A stretch of 64,000 nt of DNA from Vicugna vicugna (lineage: Eukaryota). Shown here in pieces: positions 11,340 through 23,570 of this stretch. The notes beneath the pieces are model-generated. The model had not been told where the DNA came from. It did not search any database and saw only the letters and a program-made list of their open reading frames with translations. Each line of letters starts with the position of its first letter. Positions within the stretch are counted from its first letter, which is position 1. The stretch lies in the NCBI GenBank assembly GCA_013265495.1, contig MU062245.1, forward strand, positions 1,013,798-1,077,797, read 5' to 3'. The translations under genes were made by a program, and so were the position numbers.

Positions 11340-12525
11340 GGGCCTCTGACTTTTGGTTAAGTTGGAGTAGCTTTGTCAGACAAATAGTCTGGCAGATAAA
11401 TTATAAAATCTGGACAAAATGTTAAAAGTCAATCCACAGTTTGAAGACATTGGAGAGTGATCAAAATCAAGCATAAACTGAAGGAGAATCTACCTCGATG
11501 GGGGAACTGCATGAAGTCACATTTGTGAGTTTGCATCTTTTGTGTGTGAGCGTTTTGCAGTTGCTGCATCCTCACTGGCTTGAGGTGTGAGAGGACAGAG
11601 TTATGGCAGATCAATCAGAAAGACAGTGAGAAGGGAGGGAATTGTGGAAGGAAGGGGAGCCCCAGGGAAGGTTAACTCCAAAATCTGCATATGAAATCCA
11701 TCCAAATCCTTAACTGACTAAATTATTTATGTTCAGAGGAGATCGCAGGATGCCTGGTGAAGAGAAATAGTTGGAATTTGAAGTAACTGAGCAGAGATTT
11801 CAGCTGTTTCCCACCACAGGGATTAGAGTTTGGAGTTTGAGTCCAGCCAACTTAACTGCCTGCTAGAACAAGGAATCACTCTTCAGAAGAACATAACACA
11901 GTGCAGAGTCTCTACAATATATCATGCATAATGGCCAGTATCCAATTAAAAACCACTATACATGTGAAGTAACAGGAAAGCATGAGCCATACATTCAACA
12001 AAGAAAGGAATCAATGGAAAACAAATTCAAGATAACATGGGACATTGCAATACACAAAGACATTAAAGCACCTAATACAAATATGTTCAAAGACTTAAAG
12101 GGAAAGATATGCATAATTAGTGAACAGTTGGGGAATCTTAGTAGGAAAGAGATATTATGAAAAAAGAGTCAAATTAAAATTCTAGAGCTGAAAACTACAA
12201 TTGAAATGAAAATTTCACTGGCTGGACTTCACAAAAAATTCAAAATGAAACCAGTGAACTAGAAGATAGAGCAATAGAAATTATCCAACCTAAAGAACAG
12301 AGAGAAAAAATATTAAAGAAAAATGAATAGAACCTCAGAGACCTGTAAATTAATATCACTCAGTTCAGAAGGAGAGGAAAAGAAAGTGGGAGAGAAATGT
12401 ATCTGCAGAAATAATGGCTGGTAATTTACCAAATTTGGTGCAAGGCATTAACTTACAGATTCAAGAATTTCAATAAATTCCAAGCAAAATGAATAAAAGA
12501 AAATTATACCCAAGCACATCATAAT
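11340..12525 (+). mobile_element. Old L1 5' region and decayed ORF1
   Basis: The ORF track (11924-12160) and downstream frames give ..KDLKGK..ISEQLGNLSRKE..QIKILELKTTI.MK.SL.G..; motifs aacctcagagacctgt, agaaggagaggaaa, agaaataatggctg are L1 ORF1 hallmarks. Confidence 0.8.
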
Positions 12526-14884
12526 CCCTGCTCTTGTCTCCCTTGCTAAAACTGTGTTCCCTTCTACCTCTTGGCCTTTGCACCTGCTGTTCTATCTGGA
12601 ACACCCTTCCTTTCCCTCTGCCTTTTAATTTTGCTCATTCTTGAGATGTCAGCAAAATTTTCCCTTCCTCCCCAAAAGCCTTCCCTGACCATCTTGACTG
12701 AAGCAGACCCTCTGGTAGAAGCTTCTCATATACTACAAGATTGTAAGGGGTAGCAATTAGACCCAACTTCGTTAGACTCTCTGATCAAGAGTCTGACCAA
12801 GACTCTGAGTTCCATAGAGGCGAGGCCTGTACATAGCTTGTTCATTAGACCCTAGCACATAGTAAGCACTCAATAAATAATTGATAAATGATTGGCTAAG
12901 GAGGAAAATCTCTCCCTTGTCCCCAGAGGATGGATTCAGTCATTTAGCCTAAAAGTATGCATTGAATCCATAGTGTATGCCATACATTCTAAGCACTGGG
13001 GATGCAGCAGTGACGAAAATAGTCAAAGAGCTCTTCCCTGGTGGAGCAGACATCAGAGGCATGAGAAAGTTCTTCACCTGGAGGAGGTGTTTCAGAACTT
13101 TTCATCTCTTTTGTCACCTCCTCCTCGCACACCCTGGCCGCACCTCAACTATCCTTGCTTCCAAGCCCCCACCCTCTGAGCTCCCGAAGGCCCCTTCCTC
13201 CAAATCCCAGTCCCATGTCACCATTTCCTGTGTCCAAGGGCGAGGTTCAGGCCAAGGGAGCTCTGTCTGTCTCTGTCGTCTGTCTTGGGTAGTCGCTAGC
13301 CTTGAGCCTGTGTTGGGGTTGGGGGCATGTGACAGGAAGACGGTCAATGAGTTTTGGAGCAGATAAGGCACAGGAAAGAGTCTCGAGCAAGAGGCATGAT
13401 GACCCCAGAGATCAATATCAGAGCCCAGGAAGCGTCATTAGATGTGGATCTTGATAAGCCCTTGGGGCTGGGAGCTTGGGGGCCACTAAAGAGGAGAGGG
13501 GCTCCAGAGACTGTTTCACTGCATCATTCCCATTCTTCTCACTTGTACTTTCTTGTATCCCACCCCACTGCCCCATCTCAGGAAGGGAACTCAATCTACA
13601 CTTCCTTACTTTGGGGAGCTCCAATTGTCCTTTTCTTCAGAAATGATGGTGGCTGTAATGGTGGATAGGGTTTTTCCTTTTTATGAGCCCCCCCCAAAAT
13701 GTGTCTTCTCCACCAGTTTTCCCAATGTATGTTATGTATGTATGTGTTGGGGGTTGGTGGTCCACAGAATTCCAAGTTCTACGGGGATGTCCCCAGATGT
13801 CCAGGGTCAGTAAGGAATATGTGACAAAGCCAGCCCAAGCATCAGAACTACCCATATAATCACAAGCAAAACACACGATGGTGGTTTTAAGCCTCTAAAA
13901 TTTGGGATTGTTTGTTTGACAGCCATGGCTGACAGTATACATGGAAAACAGCCCCTTTCGTTCAACCTTCATTAACCATGTGTCAAGGACTGGCTGTGTC
14001 CCAGGCACTGGGCTGGATGTTTGAGAGAGGAGGGTAAACACACACAGACTCAGGCCCTGCCTGCCTACAGGAAACTTTGAGCACTGGGAGAGACAGACAT
14101 GAAACAGACACACTGACAAAAAAAAAAAATGTATTTATTTACAAGTGGGGCTACGGGTTCTGAAGAAAAAGAAGATACTTTGATGAGGGTTTCAACAAAG
14201 GAAATGGTGTCAGGGCCAGAGGTTTGTGGAGGAAGTGACACTCAGGGTGAGATCTGAAGAATAATAGGGGTTCACCAGGCAAAGAGGGAGGGAGGAGTGT
14301 TCCAGAGAGTAGAAGTGGCATGTGCAAAGGTCCTGGGGATCACACCTACTTTTCCATACGTGTCTGGGATGACAGAGCCTTTTCTCCTTTTTATCTTGTT
14401 GAGATTTCTTTTGCCAGCATTTGGAATGGCTAGAATTTCCTAAACCAAGCACTCAAATTGCCTTAGTTGAAACTAAGAGAAAACAGCAGACCTATTATAA
14501 GGCTCAAAATACAAATATAGGGAAGAAATATACCAGAGGGACTCCTAGAAAATAGAATATGAAGCTTGAAATGTTTTCACCTATGCAAAAGAAAGCAAAG
14601 AAGCCAGCTTTGGGAAGGTCCAATAGCTTAAGAAATCAATTCCATTGAGATTTAATTTACATATAATAAAAATTTCCCATTTTTAGTGTACACTCATTTG
14701 GTTTCTTCTAAAAGTGTACATCCATGTAACCATCACTGTAATTGAGATCTACAACATTTTTATTCCTCAAAGTTGCCTCAAGCCCCAACTGGTCATTGAT
14801 CTGCCTTCTGATACTATAGGTTAGTTTCCCTTTTCTTTTTTAGGTTTCATATAAATAAAATCAGACAATTATGTACTCCTTTTA

Positions 14885-15232
14885 AGGTTTCTAGATTTAG
14901 CACATGAAAATACAGGATTTGGTGGGAAGGGTATAGTTCAGTGGTTGAGTACGTGCTTAGCATGAATGAGTTCCTGGGTTCAATTCCCAGTACCTCCATT
15001 TACTAACTAAGTAAATAAATCTAATTACCTACCCCACCAAAAAAGGAAAAAAGTGCTCCCAAAAAAAGAATTTCAAAAAAAAAAAAAAGAAAATACAGGA
15101 TGCCTTAGTACATTAGAATTTCAAGTAAACAACATATTTTTTAAGGATTTCTTGGGACATATTTATACTGAAAAAATTGTTGTTGATCTAAAATTCAAAT
15201 TTAGCTGGAAATCCTGTATTTTATCTGGGAAT
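14885..15232. mobile_element. MER53-like palindromic hAT MITE, split by a SINE
   Basis: Left end ggtttctagatttagca..aaaatacaggat and right end aattcaaatttagctggaaatcctgtattttatctggg match the MER53 inverted-repeat structure. Confidence 0.8.
14919..15088 (+). mobile_element. tRNA-Ala-derived SINE (Vic-1-like)
   Basis: A box TAGTTCAGTGG, GTGCTTAGCATG, B box GGTTCAATTCC; perfect 13-bp TSD gaaaatacaggat at 14906-14918 and 15089-15101. Confidence 0.92.
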
Positions 15233-15430
15233 GCTTATATCTTTATGTCTGGTTTCATTTGCTCAGCACAATGTTTTTGAGATTCATCCATATTGTGTGT
15301 TTCAGGAAGCTCTTCCCTTTTCATTGCTGAGTAGTACTCCATTGTATGGACATAGCAATGTACTTATCCATTCTCCTCTCAGTGGATGTTTGGGTTGTTT
15401 CCACTTTGAGGCTTGCAATGGACTGAATAC

Positions 15431-15638
15431 NNNNNNNNNNNNNNNNNNNNNNNNNNNNNNNNNNNNNNNNNNNNNNNNNNNNNNNNNNNNNNNNNNNNNN
15501 NNNNNNNNNNNNNNNNNNNNNNNNNNNNNNNNNNNNNNNNNNNNNNNNNNNNNNNNNNNNNNNNNNNNNNNNNNNNNNNNNNNNNNNNNNNNNNNNNNNN
15601 NNNNNNNNNNNNNNNNNNNNNNNNNNNNNNNNNNNNNN
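15431..15638. other. Assembly gap (N run)
   Basis: 208 N. Confidence 0.99.
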
Positions 15639-15639
15639 T

Positions 15640-15772
15640 TTTCACCAGATATTGAAATCTGCCAGTGCCTTGATCTTAGACTTCCCAGCCTCTGGAATAG
15701 TAAGAAACATATTTCTACTGTTTATAAACCCCTAGCCTATGGTATTTTGTCATAGCAATCCAAACATACTAA
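15640..15772 (+). mobile_element. MLT1A/B-type LTR 3' end
   Basis: gccagtgccttgatcttagacttcccagcctctggaatagtaagaaacatatttct..gcctatggtattttgtcatagcaatccaaacatactaag. Confidence 0.75.
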
Positions 15773-16763
15773 GCTCTGAATTAAGTTCTGCCTGTCCAGG
15801 CTCAATATTGAACAATTTTCTTTCCCTGCAGATGATGCTGGCGCCCGTGAACTTGTGGTCGCTGCAGACACATGTCACAGAGGACCTGGAGAATTAATTG
15901 CAAAGAGAGTTTGTGGGAGATGGACATGGGACTCTGATCCTAATAAGCCTCTGGCATGCAGAGCCCTCAGTCTTGTCTCCCCTTCCCCCCAACCCCGTGT
16001 TTCCCAGGGCTGTCATGACAATGAAATTAATTAATACATGCAAAGCACTAGAAGAGTGCCTGGCACAAAGTAGGTGCTCAAAACTTGTCAGCTCTCATGA
16101 TTAGCATGAGTATTTCTTCCACAGAATTTCATGGAGTATTTCACCTTCTGCATTTCACGGACTCTAAGACATACTATTTTTATAGGCACCACAAAGAAAG
16201 AAAAGACACAGCCTATAAAATACAACACAGTGCTTTTTATCATTGAGAATTTTACTTTATATTTATTGAAAGATCTCTTCTGGATAAATTTTGTGTAGAC
16301 ACAAAAAGGGAAATATAAGAGAAATAGAGCATTTGTAAAGTTTCTTCCTGATCAAGGATTTTTTGTTGTCTGAAAAATTTCAGACACATGTAAAACTAGT
16401 CAAAATAGTGTAGTGACCGCCACACATACCCCTCATTTAACTTCAATGATCTTGTTTCATCTGTCTTCCTGCTCATTCTCCCCAAACCAGTTTATTTGGA
16501 GGCAAATTCCAGATATATCATTTTTATTGCAAAAATTTCAATTTATGGCCCTCAAAGAAAGCTCCTTTGAAAATGTACAATAGCATCGTTGCACCTTAAA
16601 AAGTTAACAATTCCTTAACACGTATAAAAATTAATTCTGTGAGTTTTCATATTTCCAACTGTCTCCTAAATAACATTTTTCGAGGGCACTCAACTCTTCT
16701 GGGTCACTCAGATCATTAGTATTCATATATTTCTATACACACCATCCTCCATGCCACCTAGAT

Positions 16764-17085
16764 TAGGGGTAGACAAACTTTCTGTAAAGTGCCAGAGTAA
16801 ATAATGTTGGCTTTGTGGGCTATTGGAATTGCATGAAAAGTACTCAGCCCTGCATTGTGGAAATCTGTTATCCACAGATAATAGGGGAATGGCTGGGCGT
16901 GGCCACGTGCCAATATAACTTTATTGATGGACACTCAATTTTCAATTTCGTATGATTTTCATGTGTCATGAACACTATTCTTTTGACTTTGTTTAATCAG
17001 TTAAAAAATGTAAAAACCACTCTTAGCACACGGGCTGTACAAAAAAAAAAAAAGCAGGCAGTGGACCATGGTTTGCCAACTTAGA
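16764..17085 (+). mobile_element. MER58B-like hAT-Charlie MITE
   Basis: Termini taggggtagacaaactttctgtaaagtgccagagtaaata and ggtttgccaac; internal gtgccaatataactttatt and ttcgtatgattttcatgtgtcatgaa. Confidence 0.8.
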
Positions 17086-18599
17086 TGCAGGTCTGGATTG
17101 GGTAAGGCAGTGTTTCTTTAAAGACGACAGGGGAAAACTAAAAAAACATCGCTACTGGGCCCTTGAAGCAGCTTTGCAATTACGGGCACTGGCCTATTAC
17201 TGGTTTCTATTTCCAGGGCATTTCCAAACATGACTTATTCACCACTGATCCCCCCACGCACACCCAGTTGGTTCCCAGGGGCTCAGAGTGCCCCACAGTT
17301 ATCTGCAGGAGTTCGTGCCTTGCCAGGAGCAATCGTGCAGTGCCAGCCATTGGAAGATGCCTCCTGTTTTCAGAGGGGTCAAGATATGAGACAGTGTGCT
17401 TCTTAGAATAGATCAAATACGGTAGATTTTTGATGTTCTCCTTTATCAAAGCCAGTTTCTTTTTCTAAGGGGAACACTGCAAGCAGCTGGTAAGAGGATA
17501 ATTATTCTCACCAGGCTACCCTCTGCCTGGATTTGGGGATTGCTTCTTGCAATGCTGAAATCCTAAATAATATATTCAAGTGTGTAGTTTTGTTTTCCGT
17601 AATTGATTTCTAGATGTAAGTATTTCCCCCACTGCTATGTATTCTTTAATCCTTTAAAAATTATAATATCTCATGCAGTGATTGTCACATGCTCACTCAA
17701 ATTCCATCTCAGAAGAAATTTAAGTTCTTCTCTGCACCTCTCCCCCTCCACCACGTGTTTTGCTATTATAAATAGTGCTGCAAATAACACTTTTGAGGAT
17801 GAAGCTTTCTTCCATGTTTAGGATTATTTCTTTGGATTCCTAGAAGTGGCCTCCAAAGAAGAAAAGATCTTACTTTGTTTTCCAGAAAGCTGTGAGGACA
17901 TACAACAGGGCAGGTCTCACCTACCAGCTCTGGGTCTTCCAGTTAAAAAATTTCCCCTGGTTGTTGACTTGCTGGAATGGATTTGATTTCTTGTGTGATG
18001 ACATGTCTTCCTGAAATGGTTTGTTACTCATTATAATCCTTCTTTGGGGAAAACTGTCTCTTCATGTATTTTGCCCACTTGCCTCCTGGAATCCAACTGC
18101 TGTGTTCCCTTTCCTGTCACTTTATATGATAAGATTATTAATGCTATTTCTGTCACAAGGCACAGTGTTTTTTCAAGTCTATTCCTACTCTTTTAATTTC
18201 AGTGTGAGTTGTTTTTTATACACAGAGCTTTTAAATTTAAGGTTGTCAAATCTATATCCTTCATACAAGAAAAAAGGAGAAAAAAATCTACTTTAAGTAT
18301 TTTTTTAATTAAGGCATTATTTGAATACAGTACAATTCACACTGTTAGACGTAGTTCTGGGGTTTTGACCAATGCATACATTGTGTAACCGACACCCCAA
18401 CCATGACACAGAACCAAGAACCCCCAAATTCACTTGCACCCTTTTATACTTTAAGTATTTTAAAACCCAAGAAAACTGAAAGAATTGACATGATGAATAG
18501 GCAATTCTGTTCTCCTAACCATTCTGTGTTTTAAATATTGAACCCAAATGTAGAAGGTCTCTAGCAGATGCAGTAACAACTGGTGCTACTATTGACACC

Positions 18600-19560
18600 A
18601 TTATACAGCCCAACATATGCATAATAGGAGTACCAGAAGGAGAAGAGAGAGAAAGGAATAGAAAAAAGCTTTTGAATAAATAATGGCTGAAAATTTCCCA
18701 TATATATTACACCAAACTACACATCACAAGCTCAATGAACTCAAAAAAGACCCATGTAAAGAGACCTACTATCAGATATACCCTAGTACAAAATCAAAGA
18801 AAAGGAGACAATACTAAAAGTAGGAAGAGAAAAAAAAGTGTTACATATAAAAAGAAACCCCAATAAAATTAACAGCTAATTTCTCAGCAAAAATGATGAA
18901 GGCCGGAAGGCAGGCATACAGCACCTTCAAAGTGCCCAGAGAATGAAACCATTAACCAGCAAAGATATCTTTCAAAAGTGAAGGCAAAATAAAGACATTC
19001 TCAGGTAGACAACACTGAGAGAATTGGTTGCTGGTAGACCAGCCTGATAAGAAATAGTAAAGGAAATTCTTCAGGATGAAAGCAAAGGAATTCCGGATGG
19101 TAACATAAATCCACAGGAAAAAAAAAACAAACTAGTAAAAGTAATTGTGTAATTATAAAAGACAGTATAAATGCATAGTTTGTCTCCTGTGGTCTCTTAA
19201 CTGATTTTAAAAACAGTTGTATAAAATAATATGTACACAATGTATTGTTGGGCCTATAACATATAGAAATGTAATACATTTGCTTGTAACAACACAAAGG
19301 AGGTGGGTGGGAGGAAAGCTATATTGGGCTGAGGAAATGACTACAGATGGTAAAGTATTAATGATAACAATATATTGTTGGATTTGTAACATTAATGTGC
19401 ATTAAAAAAATTCCACAGAAAGAGAGAAAAGGGAATAGGGCTATATAGGAGTAATGATTCTATATCTCACTGAAATTAAACTATTATAAATCTAAACCTG
19501 ATCAATTAAAATGTGTATGGTAAGTCCCAATGCAACAATTAAAAAAAATAGAATATATAA
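18600..19560 (+). mobile_element. L1M ORF1 C-terminal remnant and inter-ORF region
   Basis: aacatatgcataataggagtaccagaaggagaagagagagaaagg..ataatggctgaaaatttccc, tttcaaaagtgaaggcaaaataaagacattctcag, aaaggaaattcttcaggatgaaag. Confidence 0.85.
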
Positions 19561-20862
19561 AGAATTCTTACAACTCAGTAACAAGACCCAATTTTTAAAA
19601 AGTAGGCAGCAGATCTGAATAGGCATTTTCCAAAAAAGATATAGATATAGATATATGGCCAAAAACTCATGAAGATGGTAATATTTTATTTAGGATTTTT
19701 TTTATTCACGTGAGAAATGGAAATAGATATTCCTAGTTTATGCTGCTCTTGACGTTTTTGTATTAACATCATAGTAACCTTCTAAAATAAGTTAGGGAGT
19801 GTTGCTTCTTTTTCTAATCTTAGAATGTGACTGTATTTGGAAGGGGGGGCCTTTAAATAGGTGATTAAGTTAAAATGAGACTGTTAGGGTTGGCCCTAAT
19901 TCAAGCTGATTGGTGGCCTTATAAGAAGCGGGAATTTGGGTAAGTTGTTTTGGCATTTCTAGCACACTGATACAGATATCATTGCTATAAAGCTCAAAAA
20001 CAAGCAAAACTAAATCATATGCTGTGTAGGGATACACATATGTGCTCAAGTGATTAATCCTGAGTATCAAGTGCAGGATAAACACAACTCAGGTTAGTCG
20101 TTACAGGTTGGGGGGAAACAAATGGGATAAGGAGAGGATGACTTAACAAAAATGTCTTATTCTTAGATACAGTGGTGGGTTAATGAGTGGTCCTCATTAT
20201 TCAGTATTCACCTCTCTGTTATTTCACATGTATCAGCTATCACAAATTGCCAAAGAGATTGTTTGTAAGGCAGAGCTAGGGTTCCACTTCCTGCCACCTC
20301 TGTCCCCCGAACTCCACCCTAGCTGTGGCTTCCTGCCCACAAGTCTGCCAAAAGCTGTCACTGCTCAGGATCAGAAACCGAAGTCCAGTTGTGTTTGGAA
20401 TCGGTGGAAAGAGAGGTTGAGGGGGAAGATTACTTGCCTTCCTACATGAATTTCCAAAACCCAAGCTCACAATGCCATCTGCTCACACAAACCACCTGTC
20501 CTTTGAAAAGAAGCCTTTAACTCCTGGAAATGAGGAGGCTAGCATTTTAGAAGGAGGTGGTGGCTTGGGGCTGGAGCAGAGGAGAGGCTGTTCAAATGAA
20601 TGAATGAAGAACAGGGGACCAGCATGGGGAAAACCTGAGGAAGCAAGTAAGGAGTCAGGTTCAAGGCAAACCACTGACCACGGAAAAGTAACTTAAAGCA
20701 AAATTAGCCATCCCATGCTTCGCACCCTTCTTTTAATTGATCCTTAAAAACGAAGGACACACCTCACCTCATATATTCTGATGGAGAACGTATAACCCAA
20801 ATTGAATCACCTTAAGGAAACATCAGGGCAACTCAAGTGAAGAATTTCTATTTCTTAAAAAA

Positions 20863-21030
20863 GGGAGAGGTTGAGAGGATATAGTTCAAGTGCTAGAGCA
20901 CATGCTTAGCATGCGCAAGGTGCTGGGCTCAATCACCAGTACCTCCTCTAAAAACAAACAAACAAATAAACAAACAAACAAACCTAATTACCTCCCCCCA
21001 AATTAAACATAAATAAATAAAAATTTTTTA
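20863..21030 (+). mobile_element. tRNA-Ala-derived SINE (Vic-1-like)
   Basis: GGATATAGTTCAAGTG..CATGCTTAGCATGC..GGGCTCAATCACCAGTACCTCC, (AAAC)n tail, ctaattacctcccc. Confidence 0.88.
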
Positions 21031-21089
21031 ATGTTTTTAAAAGGAACACTGTAAAAAAATTAAAATTTTAAAAAATAAGTAAGTAAGGG

Positions 21090-21375
21090 GGAGCTGTTCT
21101 TCCAAGATGTCAATATCATAAATACAAAAGTGTTCCAGGTTCAAGAGATGTGACAACAAAAGGGAATACTTGACCCCAGGCTGGACCCTGACCAGGAGGG
21201 GGAACGTGCTGTGAAGGACAGCATTTGGGTCAATCTGACAAAGTATTATGTAAATGTTACATTTACTGAGGTTGATTACAGGGGTTATGTAAGAGAATGT
21301 CTCTATTCTTAAGAAATACACACTGAAGTGTTTAGGGGTAAAGGGCCATGATGTAATGAATCCTTAAATGTTTCA
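21090..21375 (+). mobile_element. L1MC-type 3' UTR fragment
   Basis: ctggaccctgaccaggaggggg..gtgaaggacagcatttggg..aagagaatgtctctattcttaagaaatacacactgaagtgtttagggg. Confidence 0.7.
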
Positions 21376-21389
21376 GAAAATATATGTCT

Positions 21390-22010
21390 ATATTGAGAAA
21401 TGAAAACCAGCTAGGACTGTAAAACTCTGCCCCGCCATCCATCTAGGGACACAGATAAAGCCAGCTGCAGCACTAACGGGAGACATCTCTCCCGGGGACA
21501 CACTGCAGCTGTAATATCTTAACAACCCACTTTGTGAGGAACTAGGGCTATCTTACTCACTCAAAAACTTAGTTCTCTAAAATCACAGGCTTTTGGAAAC
21601 TTTGGAAACTATTTGAAAGTGTATCTATAAGAATAAAGTAGCTTGCCTGGAAGACCTAAGTCATTGTGACACAGACAAGAAGCCTCAATTTCCAGCCCTG
21701 ATAACAGAGCTTTAGATAGAGTTTTTAGACAAAACATGCCACATTTATCTTCACTTTGTTGTTTCCAAGGAAACAGGACCCTGAGTCCACTTTGAAGTCC
21801 AGACCTGATGTTGACTCAATTATACAAATCCCTCATTTGCTCTGAACATGTCACTTAAATTTCACTCAAATTCCTCTCCTCCCCTAAGTCTTATAGCTAA
21901 GTCGCAGCTCCTCCTTTGAGATGTGGTCCCTTCCATTGCAGTAGGTCAGTAAAACTGACTTTGATTTGTCCCTGGTGATTGGATTAGGATGGAAGGGTGG
22001 GTGAAGGATG
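21390..22010 (+). mobile_element. Probable ERV solo LTR
   Basis: Starts TGAGAAATGAAA; U3-like body; cctcctttgagatgtggtcccttccattgcagtaggtcagtaaaactgactttg resembles an LTR poly(A)/U5 segment. Family not determined. Confidence 0.55.
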
Positions 22011-22064
22011 GCTGGCTGGATGGATGGATGGTTGGATGGATGGCTAGATATATAGATAGGTAGA

Positions 22065-22850
22065 TAGAGTGAAAACAAAGGAAAACCTTATCTAAAACCA
22101 ACTCAGGAAGCCCTAAAGGGAAAGTTCTCATGCCCATACCACACATTGCAGCCCGCGTAACCGGAAGGAAGAAGGAAGATAAAAATTATTTTAACAAAGC
22201 CTGTTCATATAGAATTCTTTGTACAAAATCCTCTCTGTATCAACTTCTTTTTTTTCCCCTTAAGAGAGAAATTTCTCTCTTCCTTCTCTTTTTTTCTCTA
22301 TTTTTCCCATCTCTTTTCCTTTATTTTAGCTTTAAAAAAATTTTTTTAAATTTTTTTCCAGGGATAGGTAATTAGGTTTTATTTGTTAATAGAGGTACTG
22401 AGGACTGAACCCAGGACCTCATGCATGCTGAGCATGCACTCTGCCACTGAGCTACACCCACTCCCCTTCAACTTCTTAACCATGATGATAAGAATGTTAC
22501 TTTCTTCTTTTGGCACAAGGGAGGACATTTTTCACATGGGAATTTTATCTCTTGGTTATAAGAAAAGGAAGGAGATCCTTCCCTGCTCCAGCAACAAGGC
22601 ACCAACCACCACTTGCAGCCAATAAGAAACCACCACAGCCTACAATTCTTCTTCTCCAATGGACTTTTCTTCAAAACAACCCCCCTCAGTTTCCTCCTAA
22701 AACCTAATAAAAGCTGACTTGTTCTTCTCTTCTTTGGACTTGCCTGTGGTTCACCATAGCTTTCTTGTCCTGAACTGCAATTCCTCTGCTATTCCCAAAT
22801 AAACCCATTTTGCTAGTAAAAGAACTGGCTATTTTATTTTTAAGGTTGAC
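22065..22850 (+). mobile_element. ERV1-type solo LTR (MER34/MER39-like), interrupted by a SINE
   Basis: CCAAT (gcagccaataag), aataaaagc, gaactgcaattcctctgctattcccaaataaacccatttt, and a terminal ttaaggttgaCA at about 22850. Confidence 0.65.
22260..22466 (-). mobile_element. tRNA-Ala-derived SINE (Vic-1-like) inside the LTR
   Basis: Reverse complement GGGGAGTGGGTGTAGCTCAGTGGCAGAGTGCATGCTCAGCATGCATGAGGTCCTGGGTTCAGTCC; T-rich tail on the plus strand. Confidence 0.88.
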
Positions 22851-23229
22851 AATAGATCGATGATGATAAAGCTAAAGCAATGGAGTGAGCTGTTAACAAC
22901 AAATAAATCTGGGTAAAGAGTATATAAAATACAAGATATTATTTGTATTTTTGCAGGTTATCTGTAAATTTGAAATTCTTTCCAAGTAAAAAGTTTTTTT
23001 TTAAGAGGCTAAATAAGTTTGGGCTAGTATTTAGCAAACTTTTTGCAGGCAAAGGGAGAATTTTTATGTTGGATTTTATATTGTAATTCAGTACATACTC
23101 AAGACACTCAAAATTTGAGAACAATTTCTTTCCATTTTCTTGGCCTTCTAATATTTTCTAAGAATTGATTTCACTTTTTAGAAAGTTATGAAACACCTGT
23201 GGAAATTCACCCGTATTTTGAAAAACTCT

Positions 23230-23570
23230 CGCGGAAAGGTCTGTGCGCCGATTACACTCTAAGCCTCATGGAATGTTGGACTCTCCAAGTCGACTTTTCC
23301 TACTGGACTACATTTCCCAAAGTACCTTGGGGCAAAGCCCGGTGGGTGGGAAGCAAGGGTCTGAGCTCTGACTGCAGACTGTCGAGCTCTGACCTCATTG
23401 CACAGGGTGTGGTTCTCCAGTTTGCTGGGAAATGTAGGCGATTCTCACATGGGAGGAGGGAGCGGGACTTGCGAGAGGATCTGTATCAAGCGCCCAATGG
23501 CTGCTGGGAAATGTGGTTCTGGTCAGGCGGTAGAGGGCCTACCGCTCGGCCTCCTGGGATTTGTAGTCCC
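23230..23570. promoter_or_regulatory. Promoter-like element with four ZNF143/THAP11 (ACTACA-TCCCA) motifs, a CCAAT box and locally raised CpG
   Basis: ACTACATTTCCCA 23307-23319 (+); CCTACATTTCCCA 23426-23438 (-); ACCACATTTCCCA 23505-23517 (-); ACTACAAATCCCA 23555-23567 (-); CCAAT 23494-23498. Function inferred from motifs only. Confidence 0.7.

Larger units (their letters stand above)
14640..15430 (-). mobile_element. L1M 3' UTR fragment (minus), interrupted by MER53 and a SINE
   Basis: attgagatttaatttacatataataaaatttcccatttt..catccatgtaaccatcac (14640-14880) resumes at about 15233 with tctggtttcatttgctcagcacaatgtttttgagattcatcc. Confidence 0.75.

Noticed and set aside
6000-23000. Numerous 60-100 aa ORFs in the AT-rich interval
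   Set aside because: Apart from GPR32, they fall in decayed L1, LTR and MITE sequence and lack splice or domain support.
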